Shown here: piece by piece, positions 1-9,555 of the stretch
Position numbering within the stretch: the stretch's first letter is position 1
Layout: each line of letters opens with the position of its first letter
Source: a virus
Taxonomy: Duplodnaviria; Caudoviricetes
IMG/VR virus record: IMGVR_UViG_3300042820_000068
Span: 1 to 32,898 of that record
DNA length: 32,898 nt
Reading direction: 5' to 3' (one strand)
Position numbers and translations under genes: made by a program
Notes under the pieces: model-generated
The model's database searches: none
What the model was told of the DNA's origin: nothing
The model's input: only the letters and a program-made list of their open reading frames with translations

Positions 1-2272
1 TGGACGTGCTCCCGCTGGAGTGGGTGTGCCCGGTGGTCGGAGAGTTGCCCAGGTCCCCGAACGAGGGCGCCTCGTATGACGTGCTGGTGCTCGCGTTGAC
101 GTTGGTGTCGTGGGAGTGGTTGCCGATGTCGTGGCTGTGGCCGGGCGTCGTGTGGGTGTGGGCTGACGCTCCCCCAGTGGAGTTCACCGAGTCAGATCCG
201 GCATCGCGCGCGAAGTACGTGCGCATGTCCGGGGTTCCGTTGCTGCCGTCGCACAACGTCAGCAAGGGGTCCAGGGCGGCCACCGTGCCCGTATACAGGC
301 CTATGACCCTGGTCTGGGTTCCACCGCCGGTGTTGCGCAGCACCCGCAACCGCCGGTTCGGCGGCTCCAGGGTGGCCGAGCCGGTTGTTCCCCCACCGGT
401 GTTTCCGGTGTTGCCGGTGCTCGCCGCGACTACGTCCATCGGGTGTGTGTGCCGGGGCAGCCAGCGCGGAGGGGACGATCCGTCCCCTGCCTCCTGGCTG
501 GAGCTGGGATTGCTCAGCCCGGTGGACCCGATGGTGTGGTCATGGCTGAACCCGTTGTGCGCGTGGTTGCTCACCGAGTGGGTGTGCGTCGCCGCGCCGG
601 TGCTGGCACCACCGTTACCGGCCGCTGCCGCACCCTTCAGGAACCGGCCGGAACTCGATGCGTCCGGGTCCCATCCGGACACGCTCTCCGTGGCCCATCC
701 GAGAACGCCCACGGCGTAGTTGGCCTGAGCACCGTCAGAGCTGATCCAGACCACATCCCGGGTCGACGGGATGTTGCTGACCGTGCTCGTGCCCGGGGAG
801 GTACTGGACGTGTTCTGGGCCGTCTTGGTCCCGGTGGAGCCCGGACGGCTGTGGCTGTGCGGCTGGTCAGCCTGTGGCTGGCTGGCGCCGTTGAAGCGCG
901 CACTGGTGGTCGAACTGTTGGACGTGCCGGTGCTGCCGCCCAGGGAGTGGCTGTGGGCGGCCACCTGGTGCGCGTGCCCGGGGGCCGTGTGGCTGTGGCT
1001 TGCCGCTCCCCCTATGGTTGTAGGTGCCCCGGTGGTCGTTGCCCCACGCGGATATATCGCATCCAGCGACGTGACCCGGCTCCAGCCCGATGGGATGCTG
1101 GCCGCCGTGCTCGGCCACCCGAGGATCATCTGAGCGGGGATGGTGTCCGGCAGCTCGATCGACGTGTTGACGTAGCCCTGATAGCGGACCCGGTAGGTGA
1201 TGTCGCACGCGCCGGTGTGCACCGTGCAGATCCCGCCGACCTGACTCGACTGGGGGTCGAGCTGGGGGATGGCCAGGTCCAGATACGACCCGTTGATCCC
1301 GTCGTCCACCACGGCGATACGGGACGATCCGGTGCAGTCGTCCCGGTAGACCTCGGCGACGACGAAGCCGTTCTCCCAGGGCTGACCGCCCGGGTCGGCC
1401 CAGGTGACCCGGTATCCGCCGAACTCCTGCTCAACGGTGAGGATGGGCGGAGACGGCGGGGGAACCGTGTTCACGATCGAGAAGGTCAACGTGGCCAGGT
1501 GCTCGAACGGGTCAGCTCCCCGGATGGTGCTGCGCACGTAGAACTTCGCCGTGTACGCGCCATCGTCCAGGCCGGTAGTGATCGGCACGGTGGTAGGTGG
1601 AACGCCGGACCCGGTAGCACCGGCCACCACAACCAAGCTGGCGTTCTCGACCACAACATTCCAGTCCAGCGCCGGAAGACCGTCGTAGTCGACCGCGCCG
1701 AAGAACAGGTCGGGCTGGTTGGTGTCGGTGACCGTTCCACCGGACTGGTCCACCCCGGCGTTGTCCTGGATCTCCGGGGAGAAGTCGGGCCAGAGGCGAC
1801 AGTCGACGTCCACGTAACACTCAGCCGTGCGGTTCTCGGCGGACCCCCCGATAGAGTCCGCGAACCATCCTCCGCCGATGTTCAGGTCGCTCAGGGCGCC
1901 GACCGTGTCCAGCCCATACCCAGTGTCCTGGTACCAGCTCCCCGTCTGATCGGTGAAGGAATCCGTCACCGGAACCGTGTCGTAGCCGATCCAGTCGGCA
2001 GTGCCCCGGCCCATGTCGATGTCCTCGGTGCAGGTACCGACGTCAGTCCGGATCCTGATCCGGCCGCGCACCCGGTGCCGCTGGTAATGGGTCGCCGGAG
2101 TGTGCGAGCCCACCCGGAGATTCCAGTTGTTCCCGCTGCTCGCTGCTGCGAATTGCACATAGGTCGAGTCCGAGTTGTCCGCCGTGACGGTGGCCAGGGT
2201 GCCGGAGGGGATGGCGACACCAGCACCGGCCTTGCGGACCGACAGCGGCCGGAGAACGTCAACGACTGACAA
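1..2272 (-). CDS. Minor tail protein (paralog of 2302..6201), 3' end runs off the window; three collar/HxH modules
   Basis: Absent from the ORF track because it is truncated. Hand translation from TTG at 2272 (GAGGT upstream) gives MSVVDVLRPLSVRKAGAGVAIPSGTLATVTADNSDSTY..., later WPSTAASIPSGWSRVTSLD, GRFLKGAAAAGNGG, LCDGSNGTPDM and many HxH motifs. These align with the upstream tail protein. Confidence 0.85.
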   Translation of the reverse strand, partial: MSVVDVLRPLSVRKAGAGVAIPSGTLATVTADNSDSTYVQFAAASSGNNWNLRVGSHTPATHYQRHRVRGRIRIRTDVGTCTEDIDMGRGTADWIGYDTVPVTDSFTDQTGSWYQDTGYGLDTVGALSDLNIGGGWFADSIGGSAENRTAECYVDVDCRLWPDFSPEIQDNAGVDQSGGTVTDTNQPDLFFGAVDYDGLPALDWNVVVENASLVVVAGATGSGVPPTTVPITTGLDDGAYTAKFYVRSTIRGADPFEHLATLTFSIVNTVPPPSPPILTVEQEFGGYRVTWADPGGQPWENGFVVAEVYRDDCTGSSRIAVVDDGINGSYLDLAIPQLDPQSSQVGGICTVHTGACDITYRVRYQGYVNTSIELPDTIPAQMILGWPSTAASIPSGWSRVTSLDAIYPRGATTTGAPTTIGGAASHSHTAPGHAHQVAAHSHSLGGSTGTSNSSTTSARFNGASQPQADQPHSHSRPGSTGTKTAQNTSSTSPGTSTVSNIPSTRDVVWISSDGAQANYAVGVLGWATESVSGWDPDASSSGRFLKGAAAAGNGGASTGAATHTHSVSNHAHNGFSHDHTIGSTGLSNPSSSQEAGDGSSPPRWLPRHTHPMDVVAASTGNTGNTGGGTTGSATLEPPNRRLRVLRNTGGGTQTRVIGLYTGTVAALDPLLTLCDGSNGTPDMRTYFARDAGSDSVNSTGGASAHTHTTPGHSHDIGNHSHDTNVNASTSTSYEAPSFGDLGNSPTTGHTHSSGSTS

Positions 2273-2301
2273 GGCTGCACCTCTTTACCGTCATGGCTGC
2301 A

Positions 2302-5300
2302 TCATCCCACGTCGGCCAGTTGCGGGGCGGGCTGCGGCCCGGTCCCGATGAACGTCGCGGTCACCTGGCGGATTCGGCCGATCTTGACGACACGAACCGA
2401 CTCGGCCACCGGCGCGGCCCAGACCTCGTCTGCGTCGCTCGGGCTGATCAGCACCAGAGGCCGGGCCAGAACCGCGTGGAGCTGGGCCAGGTCGTCCTCT
2501 GATTCCACGGCCGCCGTCATGGAGAGGTTCCGGCCACCAGGGGGAGCAGAGGTCACTAACCGCGAACCCATCAGCCCGTTGGCGCTGGTGAAAGGCCGGT
2601 CCACACCCCACTCGAACTTACCGGCCACCGGTGCCCAGAGCGGCCCGTCCGGGCTGGTGGTCCGGATCAGGTGTTCCTCGGCATCCCAGTCCAGGCAGAA
2701 CAGCGGCGGCGCCGCCGGAGGCACCGGATCCTGGAGAAGCTGGACGAAAGCGACCTCCTCATACGGAGGCTCGGAAGTCGTGCTGGCCAGGGTGCCGGGA
2801 CTGGACTGGCCGACGGTGGGGGTTGAGCTGTCGGTGTCTCCTGCGGAGTGGGTGTGTGTTCCGGTGGAGACGGTCACGACGTTGGTCGTGCTGACGTTGG
2901 TGGTCGCCGCCGCTGCCGCATTGATGAACTCGTTGTGCGAGTGCCCTGACGTCGTGTGGTTGTGGGTGGAAGAGCTGGCATGCGTGTGCGGGTTGAGGGA
3001 CCCACCGGTGGTACCGATGCTGGAGGTCGCTCCCCGGGGGTAGACGGCCGTCATGTCCGGAGTTCCCCCGGTCCCGTCACACAGCCCCCAGAAGTCAGGG
3101 ATGGATCCGAGCGAACCGCGCCACGCGCAGATGATGCCCACCGGGAGGTCCACTCCGCCGGACGTGTTCTGCCGCGCCCTCAGGTTGCGGTATGGGGGGT
3201 CGGTCACGCCCAGGCTGGAAGCGTCGGACGTGCTCGATCCGCCGGACGCCAGGGATGCGCTGGTCGACGAGTTAATGGTGATGGTGTGTGTGTGCGATGT
3301 GGTCCAGAGGGCGGCCGAAGGACCGGCGAAGAGACTCTTGTTGGAGGATGTGGCGCCGGTGGACGGGCTCGTGTGAGAGTGGCTGGTCCCGGCGTGGGTG
3401 TGGGCCGCAACGCTGTGGGTGTGGCTGTCCAGCGCGCTTGCCACTGTCGCGCCGCCGTTCCCGGCCGCCGCCGCGCCCTTCAGGAACCGGCCGGTCGCGT
3501 CCGAGTAATCACTCCATCCTGACATTGAAGTGTCAGGAGCCAGTGCCAGGGCGTTGACGGGGATACCCAGAGGCGTCCCGTCCGACTCGATGTAGACGAC
3601 TTCCAGCCGGGCCGGGTCGTTGGCGTCCGTGCCGATGGTGGGGGTACCGGCGGCACTGGCCACGGTCGCTGAGTTGACCGCCGAACGGGTGTGTGTGTGG
3701 GTGCTCAGGATGGCTGTCGTACCGACCGCACCGTCCGTGGAGTTGAGCGATCCGGCGCCTCCGCCGGTTACTCCGGTGACGGTGTGGGAGTGGCTCTCGT
3801 CGTGGGCGTGCGTGCCGATGGTGTGCAGGTGCGTCGCCGCTCCCCCGGTGTTGCCCGGTTCGGTGGAGCTGGTGGCAATGCCCTTGGCGTACTTGCCATC
3901 AAGGGCAGTGACCCGGTTCCACCCGCTCGGGACGGAAGCAGCAGTGGACGGCCACATGATGATCAGGCCAGCGGGAAGACCCGGGTCGAACGAGTCGGAC
4001 CAGTCCGAGATCCTGAGGTCACCGGATACCCGGCCGACCGTCCGCGCCCGGTAGTAGGAACAGCACGATTCCGGCACGTGGTCACAGGTGATGCCGACCC
4101 CGGAGCGCGGAAGTGTGAAGTCGACGAAGTCGGCGCACTGGCCAGTCACGAGAGGGCCGAGCATGGCGACAGTCGTCGTGCTCGTGGGGGATGAGATGAC
4201 CGCCGGGCTGTGCACGGTCCAGAGGTTGACCTGGTCGTCCACGAACGAACTGGTTCCGTCCAGGCGCCCACTGAAGTCAGGACTGGCGATGATGGCGCCA
4301 GTCGTACCGTTGCGGATCTCGACGTCGTAGAACCGGCCGGTGAACGGAGCCGTGACCGCTCCGGCGGTGAGGTAGGCGCCCACCGTCAACGGGGCCGACG
4401 AGTTGAACAGAGACGTCGTGCCTGCGCCGGAGTTGGTCACCACATCGCCGACCTGGAACCAGTCGCCGTCGATCTCGTGCTGGCTCTGGAACGTGACTGT
4501 CCATCCCCCAGCGCCGTCATCAGCATCCAGGATCACCCGCAACCGTTCGGCGCCGAACGGGTCGATGTCCGGCCGGTCGGTGGAAGTGGCCGTTGTGGTG
4601 CTGGTGCCGTCGCTGGACCAGACCAGCGAGAGCAGGCCGGTTATCGTGACCATCAGGCGCCATGAGCGCTGGTTCGACCCGGTGTCGTAGTAGGCGGCCA
4701 GGGTCTCATCGGACGCCGGGAACCATGCGTCATCACGCTGGGCGTAGACCGTCACCTGGAGGTCTGGAGTGAACAGGGGGAGAGGCGTCTGGAATACGGC
4801 CACGGTATCCACGTAGACGGTTCCTGTGCCGCTCACGTTGTTGGCACTGACCGATACCGCGATGGCGCGGCAGTTGGCCATCAGTGCCGGACTCGGGGTG
4901 AAGGTGACGTGTGCCCAGGTGCCTGGGGTCAGGGCCGTGGTCGGCCCGCTCTGGTAGACGAAGGACGAATCCTGGAGCTCCAGGTGCGCTATCCAGTCCG
5001 TCCCAGTGGTGCCGCTGGGAACCAGCACCCAGGCAGCCAGACCGACACCTGACGCGGTCAGATCCCGCAACGTACCGTGCGCATCGTTGAACCGGAGTTC
5101 ATCAGCACCGGCGGTCATGGTGTCAGTGACCTTCAGCGCGCCCAGGCCGTCATGGGTCGGAGTGGTAACTCTCGTGACCACCTCGGCACCTTCGCCAGCC
5201 CATCCTTGGGTGGTCGACTCGAAGTCGTAGAGCGTGGTGCTGGAGCCGGGTGCGCGTGGGGCCGGAGTGGAGGCATACCCGTCCGGAGCCCCGGTCATCA

Positions 5301-6201
5301 CCATCGACCCACCGATCGGGCAGTCAACCCGCTGGAGTTCGATATAACCGACATCCCCGTCAAAGTCACCGACGTAGGGTGCGCACGCGGTCAGCGTGTA
5401 GAACGGCGTGCCGTCCAGCGGGACGACGGTCGGGTTCTCCGGAGACGGGACCGAGCCGACAGACACCGAGAACGAGAGGGTTTCCACGTCGCTGGCATAA
5501 GCTGTGTTCTGTCCCAGAGTGGTCCAGATCTGCGCGTGCAGGACATAAGACCCGTTGTCCAGCGGCGACGTCATCCGGTTGACCGAGGGGCCGGAGACGA
5601 TGCCGGTGTCCCAGACGATCGCGCCGGACAGCGTCACCCAATAGCGGTACTGCCGCGCGTTGAGCCCGTCCAGATCGATCGCGTTGGCCCGGACCGTCGG
5701 CTGAGTCGTGTCGCTGATCGTGGTCGTCGCTGTGCCGGAACCGTCCAGGATCTGAGGCGTGAAGCTGGGCGCCTCCCGGGAGTCCATGTCCAGGTACAAC
5801 TCTTCGATCTTGACACCGGAAGACTGCCCGGTCACGTAGGCGTATAGCACCGTCGCGCCGTCCGGCGGCGCGCCGAACCCCCATGACCCGGTGATGGTGC
5901 TCGGGGAGGTGGTGAACGAGGCAGCGGCAGCAGCCACCAGCGCGCCGGAACTGAGTCGCACGGCCCACCAGGCATCTCCGTCCTCCCCCCGTGCGCGCAA
6001 GCGCACCTGGTGGCGGCGCTCACCGGCGGGCGGTGAGTCGACCGGGGTCCCGAGGATCAGCGTCGTCCCGGATCCGGACCACAGCGCATATGTGCTGTCG
6101 TTGTCGTCCGAGGTCACCCCATACAGGGTCCCGCTGGGAACCGCGCTCCAGCCCGCCCCGGAGGAGAGCGAGCTGGGTCGCAGAATGGTTATCGATCCGA
6201 T
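2302..6201 (-). CDS. Large minor tail/baseplate protein directly after the tape measure; CBM-like and LamG-like insert, three collar/HxH modules, possible Dit-like C-terminus
   Basis: 1271-aa ORF in the track, extendable to ATC at 6201 (GGGGAGG 8 nt upstream; N-terminus aligns with the paralog). YDFESTTQGW...ALKV is CBM-like, APLTVGAYL...FTGRFYDVEI is LamG-like, and PVGIICAW...WGLCDGTGGTPDM is a tail collar motif. Confidence 0.85.
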   Translation of the reverse strand: MGSITILRPSSLSSGAGWSAVPSGTLYGVTSDDNDSTYALWSGSGTTLILGTPVDSPPAGERRHQVRLRARGEDGDAWWAVRLSSGALVAAAAASFTTSPSTITGSWGFGAPPDGATVLYAYVTGQSSGVKIEELYLDMDSREAPSFTPQILDGSGTATTTISDTTQPTVRANAIDLDGLNARQYRYWVTLSGAIVWDTGIVSGPSVNRMTSPLDNGSYVLHAQIWTTLGQNTAYASDVETLSFSVSVGSVPSPENPTVVPLDGTPFYTLTACAPYVGDFDGDVGYIELQRVDCPIGGSMVMTGAPDGYASTPAPRAPGSSTTLYDFESTTQGWAGEGAEVVTRVTTPTHDGLGALKVTDTMTAGADELRFNDAHGTLRDLTASGVGLAAWVLVPSGTTGTDWIAHLELQDSSFVYQSGPTTALTPGTWAHVTFTPSPALMANCRAIAVSVSANNVSGTGTVYVDTVAVFQTPLPLFTPDLQVTVYAQRDDAWFPASDETLAAYYDTGSNQRSWRLMVTITGLLSLVWSSDGTSTTTATSTDRPDIDPFGAERLRVILDADDGAGGWTVTFQSQHEIDGDWFQVGDVVTNSGAGTTSLFNSSAPLTVGAYLTAGAVTAPFTGRFYDVEIRNGTTGAIIASPDFSGRLDGTSSFVDDQVNLWTVHSPAVISSPTSTTTVAMLGPLVTGQCADFVDFTLPRSGVGITCDHVPESCCSYYRARTVGRVSGDLRISDWSDSFDPGLPAGLIIMWPSTAASVPSGWNRVTALDGKYAKGIATSSTEPGNTGGAATHLHTIGTHAHDESHSHTVTGVTGGGAGSLNSTDGAVGTTAILSTHTHTRSAVNSATVASAAGTPTIGTDANDPARLEVVYIESDGTPLGIPVNALALAPDTSMSGWSDYSDATGRFLKGAAAAGNGGATVASALDSHTHSVAAHTHAGTSHSHTSPSTGATSSNKSLFAGPSAALWTTSHTHTITINSSTSASLASGGSSTSDASSLGVTDPPYRNLRARQNTSGGVDLPVGIICAWRGSLGSIPDFWGLCDGTGGTPDMTAVYPRGATSSIGTTGGSLNPHTHASSSTHNHTTSGHSHNEFINAAAAATTNVSTTNVVTVSTGTHTHSAGDTDSSTPTVGQSSPGTLASTTSEPPYEEVAFVQLLQDPVPPAAPPLFCLDWDAEEHLIRTTSPDGPLWAPVAGKFEWGVDRPFTSANGLMGSRLVTSAPPGGRNLSMTAAVESEDDLAQLHAVLARPLVLISPSDADEVWAAPVAESVRVVKIGRIRQVTATFIGTGPQPAPQLADVG

Positions 6202-6217
6202 CGGACTCGCCTCCCCA

Positions 6218-9061
6218 TCATCGAACGAGCACGGCTTGCGAGAGCTTCTCCAGGACGGCAGACGCAGCCGCTTCCCCCGCGTCCTTGCCCTGGCCCTGGA
6301 TCACGATCGCACCTGGCGCGATGGTCACCGTGACAGTCCGGCCAACCGGGTTGTCCACGCTGGCACCATCCCCACCCTGAGCGGCAGCGCTGCCGTTCAG
6401 GGTGAAACTGGGGAGGTCGGCGGTCAAGCCGCTGAGTGTCTTCTTGACCGACGAGAACTGATCGGCAAGACCGGACTCGAACCCCTGCATGACCATCTTG
6501 CCGGAGTCCCTGAGGATCTTCTTGTCTACCTGCTCCGGACCCTTCCAACTGGGCAGCGACGCGGTCAAGGAGCTGAGGATGCTCCGGACCCGGGCGATCC
6601 CGGACTGGATGCCGGAGATTAGGCCGTCGATGATCCGGCGCCCGGCGTTGACCAGCCAGGAACCGGCGCCGGAGAACACGCCGGTGACCGCGCTCCGGAC
6701 CGATCCGACCGCCGAGAGGGCGCGTCCTACCCCTGACCGGATGCCGGACGCCAGACCGGAGACCACTGAGGAACCGGCCGAGACAAGCCAGGATGCCGCG
6801 CTGGACGTCGCGCTGATGATGGCGCCCTTGACCGATGCGATGGCGTTACGGGCCACCGTCATGCCGGTCGACGCCATCGAACTGGCGAACCCGGTGATGA
6901 GCCGCGCTCCGGCAACGATCATCGATCCAGCGATGGACAGCAGGGCGTTCAGTATCGCGCCGTTGATCCGCAGGATTCCGCCGAGAATCGCAGGCAGGGA
7001 GCGGATCATCCCGGCATTGAACGCTGCGATCAGCGCGACAGCGGCCACGGTTAGTTGTGGTGCGGCGGCGATGAACGCACTCACTAGGGCAGGGATGAGG
7101 GTTCCCGCGATGAACTGGATCAAGGCTGGAAGGTTCTGCGCCAGGACATTGATCAGGGTAGTGATCAGTCCGACAGCGGCCGTGATGAATTGCGGGTTGT
7201 TCTGGAACAAGGCAACGATCTGGGGGATCAGAGTGCCGGTGAAGAAATTTACCAGGACACCGATGTTCTGCGACCAGGCCTGAACTAGTGACGTGAAGAT
7301 GTCAAGAGCGGCCTGGAAGAACTGAGGGTTGTTCTGGAACAGTTCGGTGATGGCCGGAATAATCTGGTTAGTGACGACATCGACGATCGTCCCGATATTC
7401 GTGATCAGGCCCTGGGTGAACTGCTCGATCGCCTTGACGCCCTGGGCCAGCAGTTGCGGCCCCTGGGTCTGGAGGGTGTTCAGCAACGCGGGGATGACGT
7501 CGTTCTGGATGGCCGAGACAAGACCGGGCAGCGCATTCCCGATCCCCTGGACGATCGCCAACATCAGGTTGGTGCCCAGGAGGAGGAGCTGAGGCAGGGC
7601 CGAGATCAGCGCGGAGAGAATCTGTGGGATCGCCGTGATCAGGGCGGTAGCCAGAGACGGAAGCGCGCCGAGGATCCCTTCGATCAGACCTTGGACCAGC
7701 CGGAGCCCGGCAGAAATCAGGATGGGGATCAGGCCGATGAGACCGGTTACCAGGGTGACAGCGATCTGGACGACAGCAGGGAGCAGCGTCGGGAGAGCCT
7801 TGACGATCCCGTCCGCCAGGCCGTTGATCAGCGCACCGGCCGCTTCGACGATCTTGGGGGCAGACTTAGCCAGCGAGTTGACCAGAGAGGTGACCAGTCC
7901 GATTACACCCTGGATCACTTCGGGGATGATCGTCGGGAGCGCGTCGGCGATCCCCTCTACGATCTTGATCATTGCGTCCGTGACCTGGGACCGGAACGCG
8001 AGGATCTTCTGAACGATGCCCGGGAGGTTGGCGGCCAGGAATTGCAACCCCTCCGCTATCAACCTCTGAATGAAGTCGATAGCAGAACTGAATGCCTCCC
8101 CCCAGGAATCGAAGCTGGTGAGAAACGTCCTCACCGAGATATAAGCCCTGGACAGCCAGTCAATACCGCGGCCCAGACCTGATATCAGGTTGCCCAGGCC
8201 CTTGATGAAGTCCTGGAAGAACACCGTGGCACCGGGACTAGCACCGGCGATAGACGTCAAGAAGCTGGAGAAGTCTTTACCCAGGCCAGGAAGAACGGAT
8301 GCGATCCCCTTAAGGAAGGGGGTGGCAGCGGCGATCAGCGCGTTGAATCCAGGCAGAGCGTTTTGGACCAGTCCAGCAAGACCCTGGGCGAAAGGGACGA
8401 TAGCGGGAGCAAGATCCTTGAACGCGTTCTTGACCTGGGGACCGATACCGATGACCAGATTCTGGAAGATGCCGAGAGCATCAACTAGTGGTTTCAGGAT
8501 GGGCTGGGCTGCGTCCTGAAATACCTTCTTGGTCGTGTCAACCAGGGATTTGGCCGCTGACTGGAGCTCCGGTTCTTTCTTGAGAAGGACCGCGCCCAGG
8601 CCGATCAGTCCGGCGCCGAACGCCAGCAGCACGCCGCCAGCGATGGCCGCGCCCAGGGCCGGTCCGATGACGGCAGCCAGACCGGCGACGATGCCGAGAC
8701 CGGCCACGACCAGGGCAGGCAGTAACAGGCCAGGAAGAGCAGAGAACCCGCTGGTCAGACTCTTGCCAAACGCCTTGACCGCGTCCAGGCCCATGCTCAG
8801 GAATGAGCGCTTTACCCGGTCCTCGGTCTTCTTGGTGCTGGTGTTCTTGTCCATGCCGGTAGAGAAGGCCTTACCCGCAGCGGATCCGCCCTCTTTGCCC
8901 GCCTCTTCCCCGGCCTTACGTACCTTGTCCTTGTCGACCGGGACTTCTACCGGGTCTACATGGATCTTGGCAAGCTCCGCATTTAGCTCAGCTTCAACCT
9001 TTTTGGCGAAGTTCTTGACGTCGCCGGTTATCTCGACTTTGGCGGAACCGACGTCTGTCAC
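6218..9061 (-). CDS. Tape measure protein
   Basis: 947 aa, Ala/Gly/Leu-rich amphipathic helical repeats with periodic Pro/Trp; C-terminal LPSWKGP...LRDSGKMVMQGF; lies between the chaperones and the minor tail genes. Confidence 0.92.
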   Translation of the reverse strand: MTDVGSAKVEITGDVKNFAKKVEAELNAELAKIHVDPVEVPVDKDKVRKAGEEAGKEGGSAAGKAFSTGMDKNTSTKKTEDRVKRSFLSMGLDAVKAFGKSLTSGFSALPGLLLPALVVAGLGIVAGLAAVIGPALGAAIAGGVLLAFGAGLIGLGAVLLKKEPELQSAAKSLVDTTKKVFQDAAQPILKPLVDALGIFQNLVIGIGPQVKNAFKDLAPAIVPFAQGLAGLVQNALPGFNALIAAATPFLKGIASVLPGLGKDFSSFLTSIAGASPGATVFFQDFIKGLGNLISGLGRGIDWLSRAYISVRTFLTSFDSWGEAFSSAIDFIQRLIAEGLQFLAANLPGIVQKILAFRSQVTDAMIKIVEGIADALPTIIPEVIQGVIGLVTSLVNSLAKSAPKIVEAAGALINGLADGIVKALPTLLPAVVQIAVTLVTGLIGLIPILISAGLRLVQGLIEGILGALPSLATALITAIPQILSALISALPQLLLLGTNLMLAIVQGIGNALPGLVSAIQNDVIPALLNTLQTQGPQLLAQGVKAIEQFTQGLITNIGTIVDVVTNQIIPAITELFQNNPQFFQAALDIFTSLVQAWSQNIGVLVNFFTGTLIPQIVALFQNNPQFITAAVGLITTLINVLAQNLPALIQFIAGTLIPALVSAFIAAAPQLTVAAVALIAAFNAGMIRSLPAILGGILRINGAILNALLSIAGSMIVAGARLITGFASSMASTGMTVARNAIASVKGAIISATSSAASWLVSAGSSVVSGLASGIRSGVGRALSAVGSVRSAVTGVFSGAGSWLVNAGRRIIDGLISGIQSGIARVRSILSSLTASLPSWKGPEQVDKKILRDSGKMVMQGFESGLADQFSSVKKTLSGLTADLPSFTLNGSAAAQGGDGASVDNPVGRTVTVTIAPGAIVIQGQGKDAGEAAASAVLEKLSQAVLVR

Positions 9062-9123
9062 GTGCCTACCCTACGCGCCCTGTGATCCGGGGGTTAGAGG
9101 GCAATTGGGCTAGGCTGTCCGGC

Positions 9124-9555
9124 ATGGATGTATCCCGAGCGCAACTGTCCAACCTCGGCAGCGAGGTGGAGCTGGTAGACCCGGCCTGGCCCTGGACGGT
9201 CCGCGTTGAGCTCTCCGAAGAGGCTGACCGCCCGGCAGTTCTCGGGATCTACGTCTGGGCGCGTGACGATCAGTCGGCCATCACCTCCACCGTGCTGGCC
9301 CAGATCCCGGTACGACAACTCGCCAGCGTAGCCGCGAGCGCGCTCCGGGGGGAGGGAGAGGCCCAGTACAGGATGCTGGCGAGACCTCGCCCGTCCGGCT
9401 CCCGTAGCTGGCCGCCGGACCACTTCCAGCGAGTGAGCCGGGTAGGCGCGTGGGCACGTGCTACCGGGCGGCCTGGCGGGGCGGCCGGGGCAGTCTCGGA
9501 GTTCTGGGGTGTGCATTACCGGACGGCGCGCCGGTGGCTGGCAGGACGGCAGTAG
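9124..9555 (+). CDS. Putative HTH DNA-binding protein (DUF6214-like)
   Basis: ATG 9124 lies 7 nt after TAGGCT (leaderless). C-terminal AVSEFWGVHYRTARRWL is HTH-like. Antisense to the tail operon. Confidence 0.6.
   Translation: MDVSRAQLSNLGSEVELVDPAWPWTVRVELSEEADRPAVLGIYVWARDDQSAITSTVLAQIPVRQLASVAASALRGEGEAQYRMLARPRPSGSRSWPPDHFQRVSRVGAWARATGRPGGAAGAVSEFWGVHYRTARRWLAGRQ

Noticed and set aside
443-2269. 608-aa plus-strand ORF and other long antisense ORFs (e.g. 17413..18849, 24505..25644, 30947..32101)
   Set aside because: Shadow ORFs of high-GC3 genes on the opposite strand; Arg/Gly/Pro-rich with no motifs or RBS.
600-3500. Near-identical DNA at ~620-650 and ~3465-3495 as a DGR template/variable repeat pair
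   Set aside because: Explained by the conserved GRFLKGAAAAGNGG motif in paralogs; no adenine-specific variation and no reverse transcriptase in the window.
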